A DNA stretch of 64,000 nucleotides from Vicugna vicugna. Taxonomy: Eukaryota. A program made the position numbers and the translations under genes. Under the pieces are notes generated by a model. That model saw only the letters and a program-made list of their open reading frames with translations, did no database searches and was not told the origin of the DNA. Positions 1-11,505 of this stretch are shown here, piece after piece; position 1 is the stretch's first letter, and every line of letters begins with the position of its first letter. The stretch spans positions 1,100,054 to 1,164,053 of the forward strand of contig MU057632.1 of the NCBI GenBank assembly GCA_013265495.1. Reading direction: 5' to 3'.

Positions 1-1289
1 GACATCTGTATCAATAAATATGGAGAAGTTTCTTAGGGGAGAAATACATTTTGATTTGAACAACCCAAAGTTCATGTCTAAACTGGCTGACTCAATCAAA
101 CTTCACCAATTCTCTCTCTAACTGATTAAGCATCCAAGGGAGTCTATGGCTGCTCTAAGTAAGCACCAGAAACATCAGCTTTAAAATCACAGAAATAACA
201 CGTGTGAAATAATGTAGCCGGGAAGGCACCCGCAGGGCAGATTGAAGTCATAACCACTTGGACGGATGCTCAGTCATTTTGAGTCTTTGTACATAGTCCT
301 ACCCTTATTTTGGTGTCTAAATTTCTCTCCCTTGCTTCAAATTAGACTATATAGAGACACAGTTATTTTCTTAAGCAGTTGGACTATTTTGTGCCTTTGC
401 ATCACTCACAAATTCTGTTGTAGGATGTTATAATTTACAGTGTCAACCAACGCTGTTGTTAAGTATCTCACTTAAGAAGTCATTTTTCACAAACCATGTC
501 AAACAAATATTCTAACTTAGCAGCACACAAGTTGTCTATCAAATGATTTTTCTTGATTGCATTTAGACTTTCTGTTTTGCAGTCTTTTGACAACTACTCG
601 CCCCATCTGTCTTCCCCCTACAACTCCTGACTCAAACAAGAGAGGAGAAAAAAATAATTTATCAGACGCCTGGCCCCATCCTGATTTCTTTTCTCATAAG
701 AACTCTATGAAGTCTTATTATCCCTATTTCACAAATAATGAGTGGAGTGCTTATGGAGACACCATCACTCTGTCTGATGTTACTCTACTGCAGCTAGAGA
801 GGCCAGGCAAGGGATGGACATGTTCAAGTAGAGGGCCACTGAGCTGTCCAGTTGACAAGTCCAGCTGTTGAAAGGTGTTATAATACCAAAATGAATGATG
901 ACAGAGAAACCTCAGAAGTGAAATTAACAATCATCCAAGATTATTCCCAATTACCCATTAGCATCATAGAACACATATTGCATGTTCCAATCTTCTGTAA
1001 GCAGTTACTCATCAGGCACTGATGCATGCATTCCAAAATGTTCAGGAAGCACCCACCAGGGCTCACGTGCCAAGATAGCACTGCACAGCCCCAGCCACTG
1101 GGAAGCTCAGATTCTGCTACAGAACATTCTTCAAAAGGAGGAAATTTAACATCTAAAAATAAGAGATAGTGTGTCACTGTTGAAGGCAACACCTTCAAAG
1201 AGATTCTAGCAATATTTTCTAGTGTATAAAGCAAATGAAGGAAGAGGGAAATGCAGATCCAGGAACAAAACCTTACATTCTGTTGACTT

Positions 1290-1447
1290 TTTAAAGAATA
1301 TTTCATTTATTGATTATTGTATTATTTAATTTTGGCAGGGGGGAGGTAATTAAGTTTACTTATTTTTGGAGGAGGTACTAGGGACTGAACCCAGGACCCT
1401 GTGCATGCTAAGCATGTGCTCTACCACTTGAGCTATACCTTCCTCCC
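1290..1447 (-). mobile_element. tRNA-Ala-derived camelid SINE (Vic-1 type)
   Basis: Reverse complement reads ...TATAGCTCAAGTGGTAGAGCACATGCTTAGCATGCACAGGGTCCTGGGTTCAG..., followed by a TAATTACCTCCCC segment and A-rich tail. Near-TSD tgttgactt/tattgactt. Confidence 0.9.
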
Positions 1448-2617
1448 TATTGACTTATAATAAATGATGGTGGGGACTAACCTGAGAAGACATCCTTGAA
1501 GGCGATGTCACCAAACTGCTTACTGGGTCAGCAGGACCTGTTTCCCTTAGGCACAAAGACAGACCCTTGGATTGCTTTATGATGAATGTCCTTGGAGCCC
1601 TAACAGAGCTAAGGATAGGATAAGTGTTTTGTACTTCTCATCACATTATAAGCGCTAACCTCATTCCCAACTACCAAGGACTTAGATTTTATCCAACAGT
1701 AAAATGAAACTACTTCAAGTATGAAATATACAAGTGCTTAACAGGACAAACCAACAATTTTCCAGAAAGCAAGAGAAAAAAGAATACAACAGAAAGGAAG
1801 TTTAGGAAGAATATACATAGATGATTGCTTGGCTGAATGATTACTGAAACTGAATCAGCCTCCTTTTTCTGTTGCAGAAAAAGCATCAAAATCTGTCTAG
1901 GTAGTGTAATTCCCCGCACCTCATTTTAAGCAGTCACAGAAAGAAGTACAGCCTGCAGCAGCAATGTCCTTGGTGTCTTCCTGGAACTTGCTTGTGATCA
2001 TGACCCAGTGTGGTGATGTGGCTTCAAGACATTGAGAAAGACTATGCCCATCTCACCATCTTATACCATGAGAAAAATCATCACCACACTGGACGGTTGT
2101 TCAGGGATCTGAAATTCCAACATTAGAAACTGAATTCCTTTCAATCAAACAAAAATAAAAGTATTACACTAAATATTTTTATTAGTTTTGGGTTTATTAG
2201 TAGTAGGAGCAGTAGTAATGCCATTGCATACATTTCCCACATGATAGCCTGTTAAGGATGAGGAGGTGTTCAATCCCAAAGATGGTGAGCAGCTGAGAAA
2301 CAAACATGAGCCCTGATTGCAGAGACAGTATGGGACAGTCCAAGTGGGCAGGGTGCTGTGAGAGCTGGAGAGCTGGGGTTGGAGATGACGAGGGCAGGAC
2401 ACAGTGGGGCAGAAAAATTTTATCTATATTCATTTAATTTATTTCACCATTTACCCCATGGGCAACTCCTAGCTGCCTGCAAAGCAACGTCAGTACTTTT
2501 TCAAACTATTATTTTTGCAGAACACTTTCTCTATTTTAGGCATATTCCACATTTTATTTTATTTAATTCTCTTCCTTCCACCTCTTCCTTCTTTAAATCC
2601 TGCCTTCTCTCCAAACA

Positions 2618-2968
2618 GATCTGAGGGAATATTATTCAGCCATGAAGAGAAACAGAATGTTGACATATGCCACAATGTGCACGGTCCTGGAACCATTCTG
2701 CTTGGTGAAGTAAGCCAGACACAGAAGGACAGCTATTGGAGGATTCTACTTACATGAGGCGCTTAAAAGAGGCAAGTTCACAGGGACAAAAAGTAGAGTA
2801 GAGGTTACCAGGGGAAGGAGGGAGGGAGCAAACAGGAGGGTCATAGTTTAATGGGTACAGAATCTTTGTCAGAGAAGGAGAAAAAGATCTGGATATAGAC
2901 AGTGGTGATGACTACTTCAACTATGTACTGAATGCTGTCAAATTGTACACTGACAATACCGTTAAAAC
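2618..2968 (+). mobile_element. Old L1 3' end (L1MB-like)
   Basis: ggaatattattcagccat...tatgccacaatg...gtgaagtaagccagacacagaaggaca...ggttaccagggg resembles the L1M 3' UTR. Followed by (TG)n at about 2978-3003. Confidence 0.8.
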
Positions 2969-4016
2969 ACATGTGAGTGTGTGTGTGTGTGTTTGTGTGT
3001 GTGAAAGAGAAAACTGGAACTAAGTGAAAACAAGATGAGGAAAATAGGCTGAAAACGGGTAAGTACACGTTACATACTGCCTGCCATCAGGTCCAACTCA
3101 GTGGGGAAGGTAAGGTGCAAATTTTGCTCTGATTTTTTCCACAGACAAAACAAAAATTTACAAGACCTATCACATAACAAACAGAGCAACTGCTTGGGGT
3201 AAGTACTGTTAAGAAATCAGAGAAAAGTATCACCAGGGATTTTCATAAAGGAAATACCACGGGTGGCTAGTTTCCCCAAATGTATTTGCATGAGAAAACC
3301 CAAAATAGGCTTCTCTTTTTGTTGGTATTTGTATAAAATGACTATTTTCTATATTTGTGGTTCCCACCAGAGAAGGTGTAATAGGCAGGCAAATTTCAGA
3401 TTTTGAATGAGTCACCACCTGTATAGGAAAAAGCCTTCCACGCTGGCCATTTCCTTTTCATAAGGAGTTTTTGTCCTTATGCTTGCTAACAGAGAGGGTA
3501 GTCTTCTTCTATGGCCAAAATGCAATTCAATGAATGAGATTCTACAAAAGCCCTGCATCATAGGGTCCATATTTGTGAATCACTGTTTAACACAAGTCAT
3601 GCCACGAAAAAGGGTGCATCTGGAAATATTAAAACACTGTATTGGAAAATAAAAGTTTGAAACATTAACTCCCCTTTGCAAGCAAGTGGCTGAAAGATGG
3701 AATGTTTTCAAGACCAGAGTTTTGGTTAAAACCCCACTGGCTTCAATGAGACCAGAGAGGGAGGGGCTCTGGCCCCAGGTGCAGGGATGAACTTTTAACC
3801 AGGACAAGAAGGAGGGTGACTTTGCTTTGGGATAATGTGAATTATACATGCAAATCATTACCCACAAAGCTGAAGTATGTCCCAGGAAAAGCAAATAAGT
3901 AGGGTTTTTTTTTTTTTACATTCTTCCATTTTTACTTATTTATTTTATTGAAATATAGTTGATTCACAAAGTTGTGTTAGTTTCAAGTGCTTTTTTTCTT
4001 AATTTAGAACACTTTA

Positions 4017-4201
4017 CAGTTGACTCCTGAACAACCTGGGGGTTAATCTGTGTGTAATTTACAGTTGGCCCCTCCTATCCAAGGTTCTGCATCTCGGATT
4101 CAACCAACCACAGATCGTGTGGTACAGTGTTTACTACTGAAAAAGATTCAAGTGGAAGTGGACCCATGCAGTTTAAACCCGTGTTGTTCAAGCGTCAACT
4201 G
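4017..4201. mobile_element. Tigger2-like MITE (TcMar DNA transposon)
   Basis: TIRs CAGTTGACTCCTGAACAAC and GTTGTTCAAGCGTCAACTG, with TA on both sides (4015-4016, 4202-4203). Confidence 0.9.
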
Positions 4202-4829
4202 TATGTATTTGTCTGTTTGTAGACAGTGGGCACATGCCTCTCTCCAGGCTTAGGTTATACTAAGAAATTAACACTAAGGCATGACTGTTAACTAAACTAC
4301 AGTCTGTATTTGCATTTCCCCAGCTTTTTCACTAGTATTTGACTGTTCCCAGATCCAGTTCAACATACCCCATTGCAGTCAGCATCACTGATTTTTCAAC
4401 CAATGTTTTTAATGTGAGTTGATCTTTTCTTAAAGGAAACAACATCAATGATGACAACAACTGCCTTCAGCTCTGACTATGAACCATAAATACACCAGCA
4501 GTGCTTCACCACCAGTGGAGAAAGCAGACAGCACAGACACCATGATGTGAGATATACTCACATTCACAGCTGACTAGGGCCAGTTAGTGTACGATTCAAA
4601 GAGCGCAACTCCAGTCAGCAAACCCTGAAGGAATCAGTCGGTCATGGTGCGATATGGTTGGTGTCTGCAGTACTGATGTTGTTTTGCCGTTGTCCAGCAA
4701 TTGTGACTTCTTAGTTACAGAATCCAAGAGCATATTTTCAATTTCTGTTCTTAACCATTTTGGATCTTTGATAGAATTAAATAGCTCTTTCATTCCAAAA
4801 TATATATATATATATATTTTTTTTTCTTG

Positions 4830-5830
4830 GATTCAGTGACATGAGAGTCACCTGGGCTTGCTCTGTGGTGACCTCACTCCGGTTATTTGCCTTCATCTCT
4901 GCTATGTCCTCTCATTCTTCCCCCATAATAAGACGGTGCCACAAAGACTTTCATTGATAGTATTTACTTCTCTCTTACACTCACACTTTCCTTGGCATTC
5001 TTACCTGGTCTCAAAACCAAAAGCAAACTGATAATCTTCCCCCATACTTGGTCCTTTTCTGCCTTTGTCCTCCATTTCTAATACCACAAGTATCACAAAC
5101 TCTGTCATTTTCTTGACTGTCCTCTCTCTGCTTCTCAACACTATGTATGTCCAATCAGTTGCCAACATTTATTGACTGAATCTCTGCCAGACTCTATTAA
5201 ATTGTCCCCACCAATCCTTTTCCAATGCTACTATTCCTATGATCCCAACCATACTGGGTTTTCGTAAGTTGAATCATGAATATAAATCACTCCCTGCCTG
5301 TGCGATTCGCTCATCTCTCTCCCAGAGCCTTCCTCCTCTCTCTGGATGTGGGCGGCATGATTTCTCTCTCTGAGGCCCACATCTGACCACGTCATTCTTG
5401 TGCCTTCACATCTCACTCCCTTCCTTGCTGCCTGTGGAGTGAAAGGCCTTTGTTTGGCACAGATCCCCATCTGGGCCCATTCACACATTCTGACTCCCTT
5501 TTCTCCATCCTCCTCAAGCATCCCGGAAGCCACCATGGACCACGCGCTGCTCCCCCGTGATCCCTTATTTCCATGCCTTTGCTTCTGTTCCTTGTTCCTC
5601 CCTGTGTGTGAAGTTTCCTCTTTCCTGTCTCTGGGTTCAAATCTTTTCCAGCCTTCAAGTTCCACCTGAAAGACACATCTTACCAAAAAATTCCCCCAGA
5701 TCCCTCCCCAACTGAAAGGTGACTCTTCTGCTAACCCTTCTTTATGTTTCAGGAATACTTCTAAATTACTAATGCAAGTGTCTCATCTCACTTACAAAAT
5801 GACTTCAAACTCCTTAAAATGATTGATGCA
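4830..5830 (+). mobile_element. Degraded L2 fragment
   Basis: Pyrimidine-rich L2-like phrases (atctgaccacgtcattc, ccttcaagttccacctgaaagacacatctt). Boundaries approximate. Confidence 0.55.
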
Positions 5831-6115
5831 CCTTTAAAAAAAAGTGCATTCTTTTTTATTGAAGTGTGGTGAGTTTACAATGTTGTGTCAATTTCTAGTG
5901 AACAGCCTAACGTTTTGATCTTCCAAAGTGGCTGAGTATTACAGGTAACTAACTTTCTCTCCTCCTTAGAGAAGTCCCTAAAAAGTCAAAGCACATGCCA
6001 TGAACCTATATAACTGCCAATCTCCTCTGGAACTTTCTGGAAACAAAGCCGTGATCACTGAAGATTTTTGCAGTAACATACTGTCCTTCTCCTCACCACT
6101 ACTCCTGTCACCAGC

Positions 6116-6455
6116 TGCAATTCACTGAATGTTTGTGTCCCCTTGGATACTTACATTGAAACCCTAACCCACAATGGGGTTATCTTACAAGGTGGCACCT
6201 TGGGAGGTACCTGGGTAGAGCCCTCATGAATAGGATTAGTGGGACCCCCGGGGGCTCTCTCACCCTTCCTACCCTGTGAGAATACAAAGAAGAGGTGGTG
6301 ATCTGAAACCTGGAAGGGGCCCTTACCAGAACCTGAACACCCTGGCTCCCTGATCTCAGGCTTCTGGCCCCCAGCACTGGGAGAAATTCGCTTTGTTGTT
6401 TATAAGCCACCCAACCTCTGGTAGTTTGTTCTAGCAACTCAAACTGACTAAGACA
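6116..6455 (+). mobile_element. MLT1A/B-like MaLR solo LTR
   Basis: TG...CA termini, tgaatgtttgtgtcccc near the start, tttataagccacccaa...gactaagaca at the end, 5-bp near-TSD ccagc/ccagt. Confidence 0.88.
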
Positions 6456-6469
6456 CCAGTCTTCGTAAT

Positions 6470-8690
6470 TTCAGTGCACAATGGAGATGATTCATCCAAC
6501 CGCTGGACTCTCAGGGGCTCAACTTCTCCAGTGGTCTGGGTCCCACAGCTCAGGTACCCACTGCCACCATCACATGCTGGATCTGGCCAGTACCAGTTCT
6601 CAACTTCAAACATTCTACTCTCTCAATATCACTTTATCTCCTTCTGCTCATTCACTCTAGAAATCCCTCTTCATAATTCTTGAGCCCGGAAGCATGAACA
6701 ACTCATTGCAGAATTCATGACTCCACCCTCTTATCCACTTAGATCTCATGAACTATGATTCACTGCAACCACAGGGTGACATACACCCTCAGTGCAATTG
6801 CCCTTTTATTAGGCGTTCAGACTCATTTGGCAAGACTCTAACCATGGTTAAGTCCAACTCTCCACTCTTAGCCACTTCCATCCAAACTGTAAAATGTGGA
6901 GGAAAATCACGCATCACATGAATTGGATTCAAATTGAATTTACGATCTCAAACCTCAAACAGGTATTGTCTGAGACTCTCTCCATTTTTCTGGTGAGTCT
7001 ATGTGCCCACTCTCTGAAGATACTGTTTTGCATCTTCTCCCCTTCTCCTCTGGCATCCCCTACCTTCTCACGGCCCCTCGCTGCTCATCGTATTTCTGAG
7101 AAGAGACGTGCTGAAAAGAGACTTTCCACATTTTCCCGTAACTCACATCTGCGGCCTCTGGGATCTGTGCCCATTCAATGTACCTCTTCTCAGTTACAGG
7201 ACAGGAACAGTCCCTCCTGTTTCTACAGCTGGCCCTCCTCCTTTCTGCTCACGTGCATCCTTCCCTGTCTATTCAAGGACTTTGATGCGATAATGATCCC
7301 TCTCTCCTCTACACCATCAAGGATTTTTTTCTTTTGAACTCTTGATGGATGGCCCATTCTCAACAGCACGTAGACTTGTGATGCTGTCTCCCTTTAAAAA
7401 GATAAATGCAACCCCACATTTTCTCCAAACAACACCCCTTTTCTCCGCCCCTTTTTTATCAAAACTCTTCAAAGGAGTTATCCATCTCTGCAGTTTCTCA
7501 TTCTCTCTTGAATCTACTCAAATTGTGGTTTTGTCTTAACTATTCCAAGGTGCCTGCTCTTGACAAGGTACCAGTGATCTTCATGTTGTCTAATTCAGTG
7601 AGACTCTCTCAGTTCTCAGCATGTTCTGTTTCTCAAAAGCACATGGCAGGATTTTTTCACTCTTCCCCTTCTTAAAACCGTGTCTTCACTTGACTTTCAC
7701 AATTCCACACTTTCTTAGTCTTCTCCCCATCTCACTGGTCACCTCTCCTCTGTCTCCTTTCTTGTGTCTGCTTCCTCTTCTCTACATCAAAAATTAGCCC
7801 TCTCACAGCTCAGTCCTCAGCCCTTTGGTCTTGGTGATCAAATCCAAGTTCCATGACTTTCCAAAATATCTGGCCACTCCACCTTTATATCTTGGCCCCA
7901 ACATTACCCTGTACTCCAAAATTGAATATTCAACTACCTACTCAGTATCTCCAACTGTATATCTAGTCAGCATCTCAAAGGTATCATTAACACACTGGAT
8001 TCTTGGTCCAATGAAGCCTCTTCCCCAAATACGTGCCATCTCAGTAAATGGGACCTCCATCATTTGGATGCTCAGGTACAAAACTGGAACCATTTTTTTG
8101 ACTCTTTATTTTACTCTCACCCAATAAAATCTAACAGAATCTCTTTTCAGCTCCACTTTTGGTATGTATCTTGCACTCAGTCTCTACTCACCAATCCATC
8201 CTTACCACTACTCTAGTTCAAGCTATAATCATATCTTATCCAAATCTCTGCAGTATCACTGCTGAATGGCCTCTTTCACCCTGTTCACCCCGCCCTCATG
8301 GATGTCTTTATTTGACATACGTTATATGACTACTTAACAATAGTAGCAAATGTTAACACAGCACTTATTGTGTGTGCAACATTGTGTTAAGCTCTTACAT
8401 ACATCAACTGACTTCACCTTCAGAACGACCCTATGAAGTAAGTCATTTTATTATTTTGATTTCACATATGGAGACACTGAAGTACAGAGAGGGTAAAATA
8501 TTTGGCATGGTCACACAGTAAGTAGCACTTCGATCAACTCCTGGAATATAAATGGTGCCAACTCCACTACACTGTATTTGTGCCACTAGAGGGTCAGCTT
8601 CATGAGGGCAGAAACTTCGGTTGTCACTGAGTCAGAATATTCCCTGTACTGTGGGCGCTCCATAAATAAGTACTGAAAGCGTGAAAAAAC
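6470..8690 (+). mobile_element. L2 3' portion interrupted by an antisense MIR (about 8335-8575)
   Basis: L2-like motifs (ccatctcagtaaatgggacctccatc, agcttcatgagggcagaaact) and MIR core in reverse (atggagacactgaagtacagagagggtaaaa). Confidence 0.7.
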
Positions 8691-9321
8691 AAATGTGTCT
8701 GCCTCCTGTTGTCCCCCTCCCCCTCTTGATTGGAAATAAGTAACTAATTAAATTAATTAATTTAATTACTATCTAAACAGGTTAGAATTAACAAGCTCAG
8801 TGTGAGGCATGGAGGGTTTGCCTCTGAATACAGTCCTTGAGACACAATATGCTAACTTGAGTAACATCCTTTTTGGATTCTCAAGACATTTACAAAATGT
8901 ATTCCTGGTTCCTCACTGTGCTAGAAATGAATGACTTCCAGATTAGTGAATTAACATTATACTCAGAAACCTAGAGCCATAATAATCTCCTAAAGTTAAT
9001 TTAAAAATCAGCTTAGAATCCTCAAAGATAGGGTGAATTCTCACCAACACAAATGCCAACTGGTTCAGGCGCGTCATTATCCTCTGGAAGAAGAGTGGAC
9101 AGCGAATTTTTAGAGGGAATCATGGAAAAGTAAAATTTCATGACTGCTGAGTGGGACAATGGATTTAGCTAGGGAGTCTGTTAGAGAAGTGTTGTGTAAC
9201 TTTGGAAACCGTTTAGAAGTGCTCCCTCAACCACTAATCCAGTGGTTTCTTTCTGAGTGGTAGTGACTTCAATTGGCTTTTGCTGGAAACAACTCTGGCC
9301 AATCAAATTGAAAAGCTCTTC

Positions 9322-9526
9322 CTACTAACTACGATACATAAAATAGATAAGCAACAAATTTCTGCTGTATAACACAGGGGACTATATTCAATATCTTGTA
9401 GTAACCTGTAATGAAAAAGAATATGAAAAGGAATATATGTATGTGTATGTATGACCGAAATTCTATGCTGTACACCAGAAACTGATGCAAGATTGTAAAA
9501 TGACTATACCTCAACTGAAAAAAAAA
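9322..9526 (+). mobile_element. 5'-truncated lineage-specific L1 3' end
   Basis: L1 3' UTR ending in poly(A), with TSD aaaagctcttc at 9311-9321 and 9527-9537. Confidence 0.92.
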
Positions 9527-9659
9527 AAAAGCTCTTCTTGGTGCTTATTCCAGCTTCTTTGAGAATCAACCCCAGAACTTCGAGACCCTCTACATCAGAA
9601 ATGGGAATTCCTTATTCCCCAAACACCCCGTGTCCATTTTTATTTATTTTATTTATCAC

Positions 9660-9815
9660 ATGATTTGATGTTTACTGTGTGCTTGGCACTGTTTAAAGTG
9701 CTTCATAGATATCTCATTTAATCCCCTGAACAGTCCTGAGAAGAGGACACAGAGGCCCAGAGAGGTTAAGTGACTTGCCGAAGCCCCACTGTCCTCAGCA
9801 AGGTCACCTGTCCTG
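9660..9815 (-). mobile_element. MIR
   Basis: tttactgtgtgcttggcactgtttaaagtgctt...acagaggcccagagaggttaagtgacttgcc. Confidence 0.8.
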
Positions 9816-10111
9816 GGATGTGAGGGACTAGAAGAAAGGACAGCGGGTGTTCTCGAGTGAGAAAGACACACATGTTTGAAAAGATGGCATGTGGACCATT
9901 GGAAATAGCTTGGCCCACCTACACACAGCAACCCTATCCCGTGATGCTGGCCTTTTACTTTCAGAACTGTCGTTTAAAGAAAGACAGATGACCTCAGATG
10001 TCACCAGACTGGTTTCTTCTGGAGCAGCTTGCCCATTAGTTGGACAAAAAGTGGAGGCCAAGGTGAAAACCATATGTGACAGGATTGCGGAAACACGAAG
10101 AATGAGACCTG

Positions 10112-10305
10112 AAGGCTCCGGGCCAAGACAGCGGAGTCGTAGGATGCCTAGCTCACCGTCTCCCACAAATACAACAATATCTACACCTACACACAGAACG
10201 AATCACACAGAACACCTGCTGAACTTTGGCAGAATATCTCTCACGTTGGAAATACAAAGAGATCCTCAAAACTGGTAAGGAATAAAAAGTCAAAATAAAA
10301 ATAAA
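10112..10305 (+). mobile_element. Retrocopy resembling the extreme 5' end of an L1, with A-rich tail
   Basis: Perfect 14-bp TSD aagaatgagacctg (10098-10111, 10306-10319). The body begins ...gccaagacagcggagtcgtaggatgcctagctcaccgtctcccacaaatac, like the CAAGATGGCGGA start of laurasiatherian L1 5' UTRs. Confidence 0.8.
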
Positions 10306-11131
10306 AAGAATGAGACCTGGAAAGGAGAACAAAAAGTCTACATATTTAACACTAGCCGGGATATCTTGTTAAGAAGAAAGTTGTCAATATACAGGTGGAC
10401 GGGGTCCAGAGTGGTAGGAAAACATCAAGTAATCCACTCATGTGAGAACAGAAAGCCTTGGATCTATATGCATCATTTAGCAAGATTTCTGCAACTGGCA
10501 TTTTCCTTCTAAAAATCAAGCTTCTCAAACATGATTAAATCAAAGTCGTGTAAATGCTTGTCTACTTAAAGTCACAAGGACAGCAATTATTTGCTGAGTG
10601 GTATGCTGGCTGGGCTGCAGGAGACACAAAGATTGCCAACTTAAGATGACCCTGGCCTGCATACAACCTAAATCCAGGAAAAGAGGCCATACATTTGGAG
10701 CAAGTTTTATGCCTCCTAGTGTTTGACTTGTTCACATTTGAGAGGCTGGCAATCAGAGGCCACTTCTCCCTAAAGAGTTATGCTCTCCAGAGAGCGGACA
10801 GTGAATTACCGTGCTTTGGCTAGACCTCACATCTGTTTGACAGAATGAGACAGAGACTTTAACACTTTCCCACTCGATTTTGGTAGTTTTAGAGAGCGAG
10901 AAATCTACATTTTATCATCTATAAATGTCAGCGCTGGTATATGAACATGTCTATTTCACTCTTACCTTAAATAGAAACATCTAAAAATAAATTGATACCT
11001 TTATTGTGCAAAGGTTCCTATTTAATCTCACCTTAGATCCACCTTGAATGTTGAAAACTAATTCACCCTAATCTTTTCACTTAGACATTTTTCACTGTTT
11101 TTTGCTCTAAACTCTGGCCAGGTTTTGATTT

Positions 11132-11505
11132 GTGTGTGTGTCTTTAGCTTTTTTGGGGGGTGGGGGTGGGGGGGTTAGGTTTGTTTGTTTGCTTGTTTGT
11201 TTATTTTAAACAGAAGTACTGAGGATTGAACTCAGGACCTTGTGCACTCTAAGCATGCGCTCTAAGCACGCCCCAGAGTGCTGGCAAGGCGGGGCTGCAG
11301 GCCCACTACAGCCCGGACCACAAGACCCCGGAGACCCTTGCGCCTGGGACCACCTGGAAGCACTGGTCTGTGACCCCACAGCGCAGCCCCAGAGACACAA
11401 GTCTGAACTCGACTCCAAGTCCCTTCTGAAGTTTGAGAGGCATCGAAGGAGCCCCAGCTGCTGCCTTCTCCCTGACCCGCGCTGGCCTGAGCTATAACTT
11501 CCCTC
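11132..11505 (-). mobile_element. Vic-1-type SINE split by a 222-bp GC-rich insert (11265-11486)
   Basis: Perfect 14-bp TSD ccaggttttgattt (11118-11131, 11506-11519). SINE head at 11487-11505 (ctgagctataacttccctc), SINE remainder and tail at 11132-11264. Confidence 0.88.

Noticed and set aside
2466..2490. gctgcctgcaaa resembling RIMS1 alternative exon 2 (PAACK)
   Set aside because: Wrong strand, and no flanking match or splice sites.
9889..10278. 129-aa ORF as a novel gene
   Set aside because: It runs from unique intron DNA into the TSD-bounded insert, has no recognisable protein features and is antisense within an intron.
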